Assembly: GCA_021851885.1 (NCBI GenBank)
Contig: JAJZBS010000002.1
Location: forward strand, 3,162-67,161
DNA length: 64,000 bases
DNA from: Actinomycetes bacterium
Lineage (GTDB): Bacteria > Actinomycetota > Acidimicrobiia > Acidimicrobiales > JAMCQF01
Direction of reading: 5' to 3'
Shown: piece by piece, positions 8,680 to 17,394 of the stretch
Layout: each line of letters starts with the position of its first letter
Numbering within the stretch: the stretch's first letter is position 1
Program-made: the position numbers and the translations under genes
Notes under the pieces: model-generated
Database searches by the model: none
The model's input: the letters and a program-made list of their open reading frames with translations, nothing else
What the model was told of the DNA's origin: nothing

Positions 8680-10064
8680 GTGTCCTCCAATCCACCTACG
8701 CGTTCCCCGAGCACCAGCTCGGCGCAGGTCAGTCCTGAACGTGCCGCACGGTCGATGCCGACCGACCGGCTCCGGAAGGTGTCACCGCCGACGAACAGAC
8801 CGTCGATGCCCGGGACGACGTTGTGCGGGCGCATTGCGCCGACAAGCCCGGGTCGAGCCTTGAGGCCGAAGTTCGTGATGACGTGTCGCACGCGGAACGT
8901 CGAGTGCGCCAGGACAGGGTACAGCTCCTCCATGTCTGCCTCGAAGCCGGCGAGGACGGTGGCCAGGCGTCGCCGGTCGCGGACAGCCGCCAGATCGCAC
9001 GCGACGCCACACACGAAGAGGTTGCCGTCGGGCGGGGCTGACACCGGGTCGAGCATCGAGTGTGTGTAGGCGAACCCCGGTAGGCCCGTGCGGGCGGTGC
9101 CGAACCACACGGCGAGCTCGCGCGGCGTGTAGACGGCGGGCGGCTCGGGGAGCGCGGCGTAGAAGCCGATCCAACTACCTCGGGCGTCCTCAGTGGTCAT
9201 CCGGGCCACGAGGTCGAGGTACCAGGCCGGGACGTCACCACCGGGCAGCAGTCCCAGGACATCCCACGCGGGGAGGGTCAGGATGACCGTGTCGGCGTCG
9301 ATGCGCTCGAGCGGGAGCACCTCGTTCGGCACCCGGCGCTCTCCGACCTCGACGTACACGCCGCGGACCGTACAGTCCTCGACGGCGACGCCGGCTACCG
9401 AAACCCCGCGCCGCACCTCGGCGCCGCCTGCCTGCGCCAGCGCGCCTACCTGTTCGAACAGGTGCTCGAAGCCGCCGACGGGCACGTAGGAGTAGCCAGG
9501 CTTGCGTTGCTCGCGCAGGTGCAGGGACCGCATGAACAGGTTGTCGCTCGCCGAATGGTCCTGCGGGCGACCGGTCTGCCCTTCGAGGACGGCCATGAAC
9601 TCGAAGAGCTCGGTCACCCGCCTGTTGTCGGTCCGTGCTGCCAGCCAGTCGCCCAGCGCCACCTGGTCGAGCTGGTCGAGCTGGTCGAGGTCGAGCGACG
9701 CGACCTCGCCGGCGACCCGGGCCAGGTCGGCGCGACCGGACTGGTAGAACTCGCCCGCCTGCTGCCAATGCCCGCCGTCCCAGACGGCCATGCCGTCGTT
9801 GGTCGGGCCGTGCTCCAGCGTCATGCCGAACCGGGCGAGGATCGCGGTGATGCCGCTGCCGGGGTCCTCGAGCAGGTGCGGGCCCCACTGGAGGCGGTAG
9901 CCGTCGACGTCGAAATACCGGGCGCGCCCGGCAAGCACCTCGTCGCGTTCGAGGAGGAGCACCCGCTTGCCGGCATCGGCCAGGGCGGCCGCCGCGACGG
10001 AGCCGGCGGCCCCGCCGCCCACCACGATGGTGTCGTAGTGCGCCTGACCCGTATTCGTGGTCAT
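8667..10064 (-). CDS. NAD(P)/FAD-dependent oxidoreductase (phytoene-desaturase/CrtI-like family)
   Basis: YDTIVVGGGAAGSVAAAALADAGKRVLLLE dinucleotide motif, 465 aa, ATGA overlap with the upstream ECH gene. Confidence 0.8.
   Translation of the reverse strand: MTTNTGQAHYDTIVVGGGAAGSVAAAALADAGKRVLLLERDEVLAGRARYFDVDGYRLQWGPHLLEDPGSGITAILARFGMTLEHGPTNDGMAVWDGGHWQQAGEFYQSGRADLARVAGEVASLDLDQLDQLDQVALGDWLAARTDNRRVTELFEFMAVLEGQTGRPQDHSASDNLFMRSLHLREQRKPGYSYVPVGGFEHLFEQVGALAQAGGAEVRRGVSVAGVAVEDCTVRGVYVEVGERRVPNEVLPLERIDADTVILTLPAWDVLGLLPGGDVPAWYLDLVARMTTEDARGSWIGFYAALPEPPAVYTPRELAVWFGTARTGLPGFAYTHSMLDPVSAPPDGNLFVCGVACDLAAVRDRRRLATVLAGFEADMEELYPVLAHSTFRVRHVITNFGLKARPGLVGAMRPHNVVPGIDGLFVGGDTFRSRSVGIDRAARSGLTCAELVLGERVGGLEDTWRY
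9663..9695. repeat. 9-bp tandem repeat ctggtcgag x3.7 inside a CDS
   Basis: ctggtcgag occurs at 9663, 9672 and 9681, plus a partial gtcgag. It encodes LDLDQLDQLDQ in the CrtI-like protein and is in frame. Confidence 0.8.
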
Positions 10065-10873
10065 GGGTCTGCCCTCCCGTGATCGGCGCCCGGCCTGCCG
10101 CCGAAGCGGGGGGATCGCCGTTCAAAGAACGCGGCGAACCCCTCGGCGAAGTCGGGCGAAGCGAACAGTGACGGCTGGACCATGCGCTCGAAGGCCTGGA
10201 CCGTCCACAGGTTTCCGTCGAGGCCGCTGTGGAGCACGAGCTTGGCGTAGCCCTGTGCGGTCGTCGGGCCGGAGGCCAGTTCGCGGGCGTAGGCGTGGGC
10301 ACCCTGCCGGAACCCGTCATCTGGCATCACCCTCGTGACGAGGCCGATGGCCGCCGCCTCGGCGGCACCGACGGACCGCCCGCTCAGTACCAGCTCCATG
10401 GCCCGTCGCAGGCCCACCAGGCGGGGCAGGAACCACAGGGCTGCGTGGTCCGGCAGGATGCCCCGCCGGACGAAGACAGGCGTGAACGTGGAGCGCTCGG
10501 ACGCGAGCACGACGTCGCATGCGATTGCCAGCGCGAAACCGGCTCCCACGGCTACACCGTCGACCGCGCACACGATCGGCTTCTCGGCCCGGAACAGCCA
10601 ACCCGTGACCTCGCTCGACACCTGCGTCCATTGGTCGACGACGGCGTCGGCATGGGGACCGGTCATCTCCGCTGGATCGCCACCGGCGCTGAAAGCGCCT
10701 TCGTCACCGGTGAGCAGCACGCATCGGACGCTGGGGTCGCGTGCGGCGTCGCGCACCGCTGTTGCGAGGGCGTCGAGCATCGGCGTGTCCATGCCGTTGT
10801 AACGTCCCGGCCGCGACAGGGTGAGGACGCGCAGCCCGTCCTCGCTCTCTACGCGCACGCGCCCTTCAGCCAC
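10061..10873 (-). CDS. Enoyl-CoA hydratase/isomerase family protein
   Basis: LRVLTLSRPGRYNGMD...LLTGDEGAFSAGGD crotonase motif, 270 aa. Confidence 0.88.
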   Translation of the reverse strand: MAEGRVRVESEDGLRVLTLSRPGRYNGMDTPMLDALATAVRDAARDPSVRCVLLTGDEGAFSAGGDPAEMTGPHADAVVDQWTQVSSEVTGWLFRAEKPIVCAVDGVAVGAGFALAIACDVVLASERSTFTPVFVRRGILPDHAALWFLPRLVGLRRAMELVLSGRSVGAAEAAAIGLVTRVMPDDGFRQGAHAYARELASGPTTAQGYAKLVLHSGLDGNLWTVQAFERMVQPSLFASPDFAEGFAAFFERRSPRFGGRPGADHGRADP

Positions 10874-11549
10874 GACGCCTGCCGATAGGCCTGGCCGACG
10901 GGTTCGGCTCCGGGTCCCGGAGCCCGTCGAGGAAGATGGCTGTCACCGCGGCAGCACGCCGCTCGGCTCGTGCCTGCGACTCGTCGGTGTGTCGGACCGC
11001 ATACCAATTGCACATGCCCAGCAACGCGTCGGCGGCGACCGTGGGATCGCCCGGCCGGAGGCTGCCATCGGTCATGCCCGTGGCGATCAGCCTGCGCAGG
11101 CCCCGCAGGTAGCGGGTGTCGAGATCGACGAGCTCCGGTGGTACCGGCAGGGAGCGCAGGTTCTCCACGTAGATCGACACCGCGGGCGAGTACCGGGCGA
11201 CGTTGCCGAAGTGACGGCGCACCGCCTCTGCCACACGGTCCGGAACAGGGCCAGAGTCGGCCAGGATGTCGTCGAGGTGGGCGACGAAGTCCCGGTACGG
11301 GGGAAGGACGATCTCGAAGAGGAGCTCGTGCTTGGTCCGGACGTAGTGGTACAGGCTGGCCTTGGACAGCCCGAGCTGATCTGCGATGTCGTCCATGCGC
11401 GCCGCGTGGTACCCGTGCCGCCGGAAGACCTCGGCTGCGGCGGCACGGATCTCCTCCCGTGACCGCGGCGGCTGGCCGACCGGGCGCCCCGGTCCCCGGG
11501 AACGCGCCTTCGCCGTCACCTGGCTGCGGTCTGGCGTCGCGGTCACCAC
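10866..11549 (-). CDS. TetR/AcrR family transcriptional regulator
   Basis: HTH region REEIRAAAAEVFRRHGYHAARMDDIADQLGLSKASLYHYVRTKHELL. GTG start without an SD (possibly leaderless; TTATGAG lies 8-9 nt upstream). Overlaps the downstream ECH start by 8 nt. Confidence 0.88.
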   Translation of the reverse strand: MVTATPDRSQVTAKARSRGPGRPVGQPPRSREEIRAAAAEVFRRHGYHAARMDDIADQLGLSKASLYHYVRTKHELLFEIVLPPYRDFVAHLDDILADSGPVPDRVAEAVRRHFGNVARYSPAVSIYVENLRSLPVPPELVDLDTRYLRGLRRLIATGMTDGSLRPGDPTVAADALLGMCNWYAVRHTDESQARAERRAAAVTAIFLDGLRDPEPNPSARPIGRRRG

Positions 11550-11720
11550 CGGGTAGCCCTCATAATCGACTCACGAGTAGAATTGTGGTCGTTAGCCGCC
11601 ACGCGGTCAAGACCGTCACCGGAGGGGGTGGGAGCGGGGGTGGTTGGAGGCCATGGACCTGGAGGCCTACACCCGGAACGCTGTTGTCGGGGAGCAGGGG
11701 ATGGAGAAGGGACGCCAACG

Positions 11721-12794
11721 ATGGAAGCGCAGGCAACGGAGGCCGACAGGTCCACTCGACCGCTCAAGATCGGCGTGCCGGCACCGCAACTGGCGGGCAG
11801 CGACCCGGCGCGGGCAGCACTGGCGGCGGAAGCTGCCGGGCTCGACTCGATGTGGTGGGCGGACCGCCTCGCCGGCTGGATGCCGGAGGGACCTCATGCG
11901 CTCGTCGACCCGTTGCCGTCGATGGCGGTCGCCGGACATGCCACGGCCACGCTTCAGCTCGGTACGGCTGTCGCCGACGTGTTGCGCCGCCATCCGGCGC
12001 AGTTGGCCCAGAGCGCGCTCACTGTCCAGGACCTGAGCGGCGGGCGGCTCATCCTCGGTGTGGGATGTGGCGAGGCGGCCGGCACGGTGCGGTACGGCAT
12101 GGACTTCGATCGCCCGGTCGAACGGCTCGACGAGGCGCTGCACGTCGTCCGCGCCCTGTGGCGCGACGGGGGCCCGGCACACTTCGCCGGGCGGCATTAC
12201 TCCCTGTCGGGCGCCCGCTGTGGGCTGGCCGCTGCCGTGACCCCGCCACCGGTCTGGCTGGCTTCCCACGGACCGCGCATGCTGGCGCTGACCGGCGAGC
12301 TCGCCGACGGCTGGCTTCCCACCGCAGGTGGTCCGCGCCTGTACGCAGAGCAACTGGGCGCCATCCGGCTGGCCGAGGCGGCCGCCGGGCGGCCGGCGGG
12401 GTCCGTGGAGGCCGGCGCCTTCGTGTGGATCGTCGCCTCCCGCACCCGGGCTGACGCCCGCCGACTGCTGGCCAGTGATCGACTGCGGGCACTAGGGCTC
12501 CTGCTCCCGAAAGGAGCGCTCGCCTCGTCGCCGCTGCAGCACGGCCCGTCCCATGACCTCGTCGGCCATGAGGACACGGTGGCACTGGCCCGGCAGATCG
12601 ACCTGGACGAGCTGGCCGAGGTGATGCCGCACGGCGGGCCTGAGGACGTGGCCGAGGAGCTGGCCCGTTACCGCGCGGCCGGCGCTGAGCACATGGTCGT
12701 GTGCGACATGGCTCCGCTCGCCGGACGCGACGCCGGGGGGGACCTGCGCGGTCTCCAGCTGTACCGGTGGCTTCGTGACGCGCTGGTCGCCTAG
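11721..12794 (+). CDS. LLM-class (F420-dependent-type) oxidoreductase
   Basis: Luciferase-like sequence (...DLSGGRLILGVGCGE...ADGWLP...). ATG 11721 is preceded by GGAGAAGGGA. Confidence 0.8.
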   Translation: MEAQATEADRSTRPLKIGVPAPQLAGSDPARAALAAEAAGLDSMWWADRLAGWMPEGPHALVDPLPSMAVAGHATATLQLGTAVADVLRRHPAQLAQSALTVQDLSGGRLILGVGCGEAAGTVRYGMDFDRPVERLDEALHVVRALWRDGGPAHFAGRHYSLSGARCGLAAAVTPPPVWLASHGPRMLALTGELADGWLPTAGGPRLYAEQLGAIRLAEAAAGRPAGSVEAGAFVWIVASRTRADARRLLASDRLRALGLLLPKGALASSPLQHGPSHDLVGHEDTVALARQIDLDELAEVMPHGGPEDVAEELARYRAAGAEHMVVCDMAPLAGRDAGGDLRGLQLYRWLRDALVA

Positions 12795-12883
12795 CCCCAT
12801 CCGGGGATGTGTCTGCTTGATGTGCAGGACGGTCCACTTCATGACGGCGTGCGCCACGGTCGCGGGGATCCTTTTCGGGACGG

Positions 12884-13915
12884 TCAGTCTCCAAGTACGA
12901 GCTCGGCCATGGTCCGCAGGGTGGCCACGTCGCCGGTGACGGTCATCGTCGTGACGGCCGACTCGCGCCACCGCGCCAGGTCGTCGCGGATCTTCGCCAC
13001 CGGCCCGACCAGCGCCACCTCCTCGACGAGCGGCAGTGGCACGGCCGCTTCGGCCTCGCGCTTCTTGCCGGCGAGGTAGAGGTCCCGGATCTTCGTGCAC
13101 TCGGCCTCGTAGCCGAGCCGGTCGAACACCTGGCGGTGGAAGTTGAGGTCGCGGGCCCCCATCCCGCCGATGTAGAGGGCCAGGTGCGGCCGCAGCGTGT
13201 CGGCGGCGGCCTCGACGTCGTCGTCGATGGCGACCGACACCGAGCACGTCACCTCGAAGTCGGAAGCCGTGTGCCTGGCACCGGGCCGGGCGAACCCCTC
13301 GGCGAGCGCCTGGCGGTAGACGGCCTCGTTACCCGGCGAGTAGAAGACCGCCAGCCAGCCGTCGGCGATCTCGGCCGCCAGCGCCACGTTCTTCGGCCCC
13401 TCGGCGGCGAGGAAGATCGGGACGTCGGGGCGCAACGGGTGGGTGATGGACCGCAGCGGCTTGCCGAGCCCCGTGCCGCCGGGGTACGGCAGGGTGTAGT
13501 GCTGCCCCCGGACTTCCACCGGCTCCTCGCGAGCCAGGATGCGGCGGATGATATCGACGTACTCGCGGGTGCGCGCAAGCGGCTTGTCATAGGGGACCCC
13601 GTACCAGCCCTCGACGACCTGGGGCCCGGAGACCCCGAGGCCCATGACGAACCGGCCCCCGCTCAGGTGGTCCATGGTGAGCGCGGCCATGGCCGCCGCC
13701 GCCGGCGTGCGCGCCGCGAGCTGCATGATCGAGGTCCCGAGCCGCAGCCGCGACGTGCCGGCTCCCCACCAGGCGAGCGGTGTCAACACGTCGTTGCCCC
13801 ACGACTCCGCCACCCACATCGAGTCGAAGCCGAGCCGCTCGGCTTCGGCCACCAGTTCGGGGGCGTCGGCCGGCGGCCCCGCACCCCAGTACCCGAGCAT
13901 CAGTCCCAGTTTCAT
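12884..13915 (-). CDS. LLM-class F420-dependent oxidoreductase
   Basis: MKLGLMLGYWGAG...GFDSMWVAESWGNDVLTPLAW...LSGGRFVMGLGVSGPQVVEGWYG is a classic LLM/F420 subfamily pattern. Confidence 0.88.
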   Translation of the reverse strand: MKLGLMLGYWGAGPPADAPELVAEAERLGFDSMWVAESWGNDVLTPLAWWGAGTSRLRLGTSIMQLAARTPAAAAMAALTMDHLSGGRFVMGLGVSGPQVVEGWYGVPYDKPLARTREYVDIIRRILAREEPVEVRGQHYTLPYPGGTGLGKPLRSITHPLRPDVPIFLAAEGPKNVALAAEIADGWLAVFYSPGNEAVYRQALAEGFARPGARHTASDFEVTCSVSVAIDDDVEAAADTLRPHLALYIGGMGARDLNFHRQVFDRLGYEAECTKIRDLYLAGKKREAEAAVPLPLVEEVALVGPVAKIRDDLARWRESAVTTMTVTGDVATLRTMAELVLGD

Positions 13916-13940
13916 CGTGCTCCTCTCTTCCTACGGGGGG

Positions 13941-14717
13941 TCACCCGGATCGCTTGCCCACGGTGGTGCGCCACCGGGCGAAGCGGTCCGGGAACTCCGA
14001 TCCGTGCAGGGCGACTGCTTGTGAACGCACCTCTTGTTCGAGGACCTCGGCGACCAGGTCGAGCTCCATGGCCCGGTAGACGTTCGCCTTCGTGGTGGCG
14101 AGGGCGAACGGTGTTGATGTCGCGATCGATGCGGCCACGTCGAGGGCGGCGGCGACCACGTCCGGCTCGACACGCGATACGAGTCGGAGGGCGAGCGCCT
14201 CCTCCGCACTGACGCGACGGCCGGTCAGAAGCACATCGAGCGCCGGGGCCGTGCCGATCAGGTGTGGCAGGAAGTAGGAGACGCCGTAGTCGGGGACCAG
14301 GCCCATGGTGACGAAGGGTGCGCCGAACCAGGCATCGGGGGAAGCGATGCGCAGGTCGCAAGCAAGTGCCAGGCCGAAGCCGGCGCCGACGGCGGGCCCG
14401 TTGACCGCAGCGATCGTCGGCTGCGGCAGGCGCCGGACGATGACCGGCGTGCGATGGGTGCGTGCGACGTAATCAGCCGCCTCGAGCGATGTCGGCTGCG
14501 CGAACCCAGATGACTCGAGGTCCGCTCCGGAGCAGAAGCCGCGGCCCTCACCGGTCACCACCACAGCCCGGACCGACGTGTCGGCAGCCAGCCGCTCGAA
14601 CGTGTCGGGAAGCGTCCGTAGTAGGAGCTCGTCATCGAGTGAGTTCAGTCGCTCAGGTCGGCTGAGGGTGACGAGCGCCACCCCGTCACTCGGGTGCTCG
14701 ACGCGTAGTCCGGTCAT
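13941..14717 (-). CDS. Enoyl-CoA hydratase/isomerase family protein
   Basis: MTGLRVEHPSDGVALVTLSRPERLNSL...VTGEGRGFCSGADL, with an ATGA overlap with the upstream synthetase stop. Confidence 0.88.
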   Translation of the reverse strand: MTGLRVEHPSDGVALVTLSRPERLNSLDDELLLRTLPDTFERLAADTSVRAVVVTGEGRGFCSGADLESSGFAQPTSLEAADYVARTHRTPVIVRRLPQPTIAAVNGPAVGAGFGLALACDLRIASPDAWFGAPFVTMGLVPDYGVSYFLPHLIGTAPALDVLLTGRRVSAEEALALRLVSRVEPDVVAAALDVAASIATSTPFALATTKANVYRAMELDLVAEVLEQEVRSQAVALHGSEFPDRFARWRTTVGKRSG

Positions 14718-16264
14718 TGCGCCTCCTTCTGGCGGGGAGAACCCGTTGCCGGAGTTCCGGCAACGGGTGCGTAGCGATCGCGCAGCAGGTGCTTCAGAAC
14801 CTTTCCGGTCGCGTTCTTCGGTAGCTCCGCCGACAGCTCCAGGGACTTCGGCACTTTGTACCCGGCAAGGTGCTCCCGGCAGAACTCGGTGATCGTCTCG
14901 GGATCCGCCGTTGCCCCCGGGCGCAGTACGACCAGTGCATGCACCCGCTCTCCCCAGCGATCGTCGGGGACACCGATGACGGCGGCTTCGAGGACGGCCG
15001 GGTGCTCGTGAAGGACGTCCTCGACCTCGCGGGGGTAGACGTTCTCGCCGCCGGACACGATCATGTCCTTCAGCCGGTCGCTCACGAACAGGTAACCGTC
15101 GGGGGAGCGGTACCCAAGGTCGCCCGTGTGCATCCACCCGCCCCGCAGGGCGTCGTCGGTGGCCCGCGGGTCGTTCCAGTACCCGTCCATGACTGTCGGA
15201 CCACGGCTCAGGATCTCGCCGACGACGCCAGGCGGGACGTCGGCACCGTCAGGGTCGACGACCCGGGTCTCGGCGGAGAGAGCGTCGGTCCCCGCCGAGG
15301 CCAGCCATTCGGGATGGCCGACCGGATCGTGGTCCTCGGGGCGCAACAGCGAGACGCCGAACGTCTCGGTCATGCCGAAGAACTGCAAGAACCCGGAGTG
15401 GAAGGCGTCGATTGCCCGGCGCAGGATCTCGGGGGCGATGGGCGAGGCCCCGTAGAGCACCATCCGCAGCCGGTCGAAATCGGCCTCTACCACGGAGGGC
15501 TCCAAGGTGAGCATGTTGATCATGGTCGGCACCAGCAGCACATGGGTGGCCGACCACTTCGTCAGCAGCTCTGCGAAGCCGGCCGGGTCGAACTCGCGGG
15601 ACAAGACGGTGGTGGCGCCACGGTAGGTGAACCCGTTGGAGGTGTGCGCGGCGATGTGGAACATCGGTAGACCCTGGACGAACACGTCGCCTGACCGGAT
15701 GTCGGCCTCGTTGGACATCACGTTGCAGCGGGCCCATACGGCGCCACTGGAGAGGACGGCGCCCTTCGGTCTTCCGGTCGTGCCACTCGTGTACATGATC
15801 GCTGCCGCCTGGTCGGCGGGAACGTAGGTGTCGCACGCCCGGAGTGCCGCAGCCCCCACCAGCTCATCGTAGGAGTCGCCGACGCCCGAGGCGCCGAGAT
15901 GCCAGACGTGCTCCACACCCAGCTGGCCGGCGACCCCGTCGAGCCCGGGGCCGTGTACCAGTAGCCGCGGCGTGCAGTCGCCCAGGATGACAGCGAGCTC
16001 GGAAACCGTCAGCCGAAAGTTCAGTGGCACCAGGATCATGCCCGCCCGCTGCACGGCGAGCTGGATCTCCAGGTATTCGAGTTCGTTGTAGGCAAGGAGT
16101 GCCACCCGGTCGCCGCGCCGCAGGCCGCTCCCGTGGAGCGCCTCGGCCATCCGCGTCGCCTGCTCGTCGACCTCGGCAAAGGTCCGTGAGCGCTCTCCCT
16201 CTGCAATGCACACCCGGTCGGGGAAACGGGTGGCTGCGTTGTGTACGAGGTCTGGTACGAGCAT
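14714..16264 (-). CDS. Acyl-CoA synthetase (AMP-forming, FadD-like)
   Basis: 516 aa with AMP-binding motifs YTSGTTGRPKG and GWMHTGDLG. Paralogous to 44704-46206. Confidence 0.9.
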   Translation of the reverse strand: MLVPDLVHNAATRFPDRVCIAEGERSRTFAEVDEQATRMAEALHGSGLRRGDRVALLAYNELEYLEIQLAVQRAGMILVPLNFRLTVSELAVILGDCTPRLLVHGPGLDGVAGQLGVEHVWHLGASGVGDSYDELVGAAALRACDTYVPADQAAAIMYTSGTTGRPKGAVLSSGAVWARCNVMSNEADIRSGDVFVQGLPMFHIAAHTSNGFTYRGATTVLSREFDPAGFAELLTKWSATHVLLVPTMINMLTLEPSVVEADFDRLRMVLYGASPIAPEILRRAIDAFHSGFLQFFGMTETFGVSLLRPEDHDPVGHPEWLASAGTDALSAETRVVDPDGADVPPGVVGEILSRGPTVMDGYWNDPRATDDALRGGWMHTGDLGYRSPDGYLFVSDRLKDMIVSGGENVYPREVEDVLHEHPAVLEAAVIGVPDDRWGERVHALVVLRPGATADPETITEFCREHLAGYKVPKSLELSAELPKNATGKVLKHLLRDRYAPVAGTPATGSPRQKEAQ

Positions 16265-16391
16265 GGTCGGTCAGCCTCCGACCGTTGGGATCATGCGGGT
16301 CGGGTCCCGGCGGACGGCTCCCTGCCGCTGGATCCCGGAGGCACCCCCACCAGCGCGGGCGCCAACGCCGGCGCGGCCCCGTTTGTTGACC

Positions 16392-17288
16392 TCAGATCGC
16401 ATCGTTGTCTCCTTTCGCCGCTGTCCGCTCCGAGCCGGCGACGGCCACGCCGGTCGACCCGGTGTCGAACACCCGTCGCCGATCGAGCCACGCGAGCACA
16501 GTTTCGGTGAGAGCGTCCGGATCACGCCGGTAGTAGTGGTCGTCGTCCAGCACCACGAGCTCACCGTCGGGTGCGCCGTCCGCCACCTCTTCGGCCCGTT
16601 CCCGATAGGGGGCCGGCTCGTGGGAGCCGGACACCACCAGCACCGGCATCGGCAGCGAGCCCACGTGCAGGCGGGAGTCGGCCAGTGTGTCGGGACCCCA
16701 GGTGGAAAGGACGGTGGCTGCCGCGGCCACCATCGGCACGGGGGCGCTCGATGACAGGACGATGAGCTGCTCAGGATGGCCGGCAGCCACCGCGGCCGCC
16801 GCCCGGGCCAGGTGGTGCTCCACGGCACCGTCGACGAAGACGTCTGCCGCCGCCTGCAGTTCGGGCGCGGGGCTGAGGAGCACGAGTGCAGCCGCCCGGC
16901 TGGCGTGCTCGCCCGCCTGCCAGTAGGTGGCGCGGTGTGTACCGTAGCTGTGGGCCACGGCCACGAAGGGGTGGAGCCCGCGTTCGGCCAGTAGGTCCGC
17001 TGCGGCCTGCAGGTCGAGCGGAGCGTCCTCGAAGCGGTCTCGGAGGAAGCCGATGCACCGCTCACCGTCCCCCAGAGAGCCGAGGTCGTGCCCCCGGCCA
17101 TTGATCGAGAGTGCGGCGAGCCCGCGGTTGGGGGCATCGCGCAGGAAGCGCGCGACTGGCGTACCGTAGAAGTTGCCCCAGGCACCGTGTATGCCCAGCA
17201 GGGCGCCAGCGGCCGAAGGCGGTCCGGCCAGCGCGCCGTGGAGCAGCACGCCGTCACTTGTCCGGGTGCACACCAGGTCGACCAGCAC
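16392..17288 (-). CDS. Alpha/beta hydrolase
   Basis: Nucleophile-elbow-like AHSYG and alpha/beta-fold-like sequence. I chose GTG 17288 (GGAAAGGGGG 5 nt upstream) over TTG 17309. Confidence 0.65.
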   Translation of the reverse strand: MLVDLVCTRTSDGVLLHGALAGPPSAAGALLGIHGAWGNFYGTPVARFLRDAPNRGLAALSINGRGHDLGSLGDGERCIGFLRDRFEDAPLDLQAAADLLAERGLHPFVAVAHSYGTHRATYWQAGEHASRAAALVLLSPAPELQAAADVFVDGAVEHHLARAAAAVAAGHPEQLIVLSSSAPVPMVAAAATVLSTWGPDTLADSRLHVGSLPMPVLVVSGSHEPAPYRERAEEVADGAPDGELVVLDDDHYYRRDPDALTETVLAWLDRRRVFDTGSTGVAVAGSERTAAKGDNDAI

Positions 17289-17313
17289 CGGAACCCCCTT
17301 TCCGATCAAAACG

Positions 17314-17328
17314 TGACGTCAAACGTCA
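17314..17328. promoter_or_regulatory. Dyad operator site O2
   Basis: TGACGTCAAACGTCA with perfect arms, plus an extra ACGT at 17311. It sits between the divergent hydrolase operon (-) and a FadD gene (+). CATACTAGAT lies downstream. Confidence 0.6.
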
Positions 17329-17394
17329 AGTGTGACCATACTAGATTGGTCCGGGGCGACAAGGGGCCCGACCGGACATGTTTTGGAGGCAGCG

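Noticed and set aside
16265-16283. Hairpin GGTCGG/CCGACC immediately 5' of the FadD start (16264), partly covering its GGAGG SD.
   Set aside because: It has only a 6-bp stem with a 7-nt loop, so its predicted stability is marginal, and no similar structure occurs at paralogous genes. I noted it but did not call it a regulatory element.
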